From Schizochytrium sp. TIO01 (lineage: Eukaryota; Protista; Bigyra: Labyrinthulomycetes), in NCBI GenBank assembly GCA_004764695.1, contig SMSO01000037.1:348747-412746 (forward strand): a stretch of 64,000 nucleotides of DNA, in the 5' to 3' direction. The position numbers and the translations under genes are program-made. Below the pieces are notes generated by a model. That model ran no database searches and was not told the origin of the DNA. It was given only the letters and a program-made list of their open reading frames with translations. This document shows, one piece after another, positions 63,901 to 64,000 of this stretch (position 1 is its first letter; every line of letters starts with the position of its first letter).

Positions 63901-64000
63901 GTGACCAGAGGCGAATCCAGCAGTTGTATAGGAAAGTCTTTCAGTGGAATTAATGTGGAAAGCCTTGGAGAAAATAAATGAGTCTCACAATTTGAACTCT

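Noticed and set aside
1-64000. CRISPR array, transposase/RT/integrase, rRNA or viral hallmark genes
   Set aside because: No repeat-spacer periodicity and no diagnostic motifs in any ORF; all repeats seen are simple tandem repeats.

Overview
Eukaryotic DNA, most likely from a thraustochytrid (Labyrinthulomycetes, Aurantiochytrium-like) stramenopile. This is inferred from intronless GC-richer CDSs, a stramenopile-type E1 and microsatellite-rich AT-rich spacers. A compact five-gene core at about 26-50 kb sits between two long regions with no recognisable CDS (1-26 kb and 50-64 kb). The core encodes: a secreted M28B glutamate carboxypeptidase II-like peptidase (-); a ubiquitin-activating enzyme E1 (+); FANCI (+, split by an apparent +1 frameshift); and two tandem paralogous putative transcription factors (-). 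The two factors share a ~150-aa module that I cannot assign to a named family: a Myb/SANT/trihelix-like helical domain with an invariant KRSHDAVRHHLKLRR helix, followed by an H-x3-C-x5-C-x2-C-x14-C-x4-C-x2-C TAZ-like zinc motif. This pair is the best candidate for something undescribed. Other points: FANCI keeps the monoubiquitinated lysine but lacks the adjacent ATR S/TQ loop; two clear and one possible +1 frameshifts occur; and the gene-poor flanks carry promoter-like islands and intron-like segments that suggest spliced non-coding transcripts. No rRNA, tRNA, CRISPR array or transposase was recognised.
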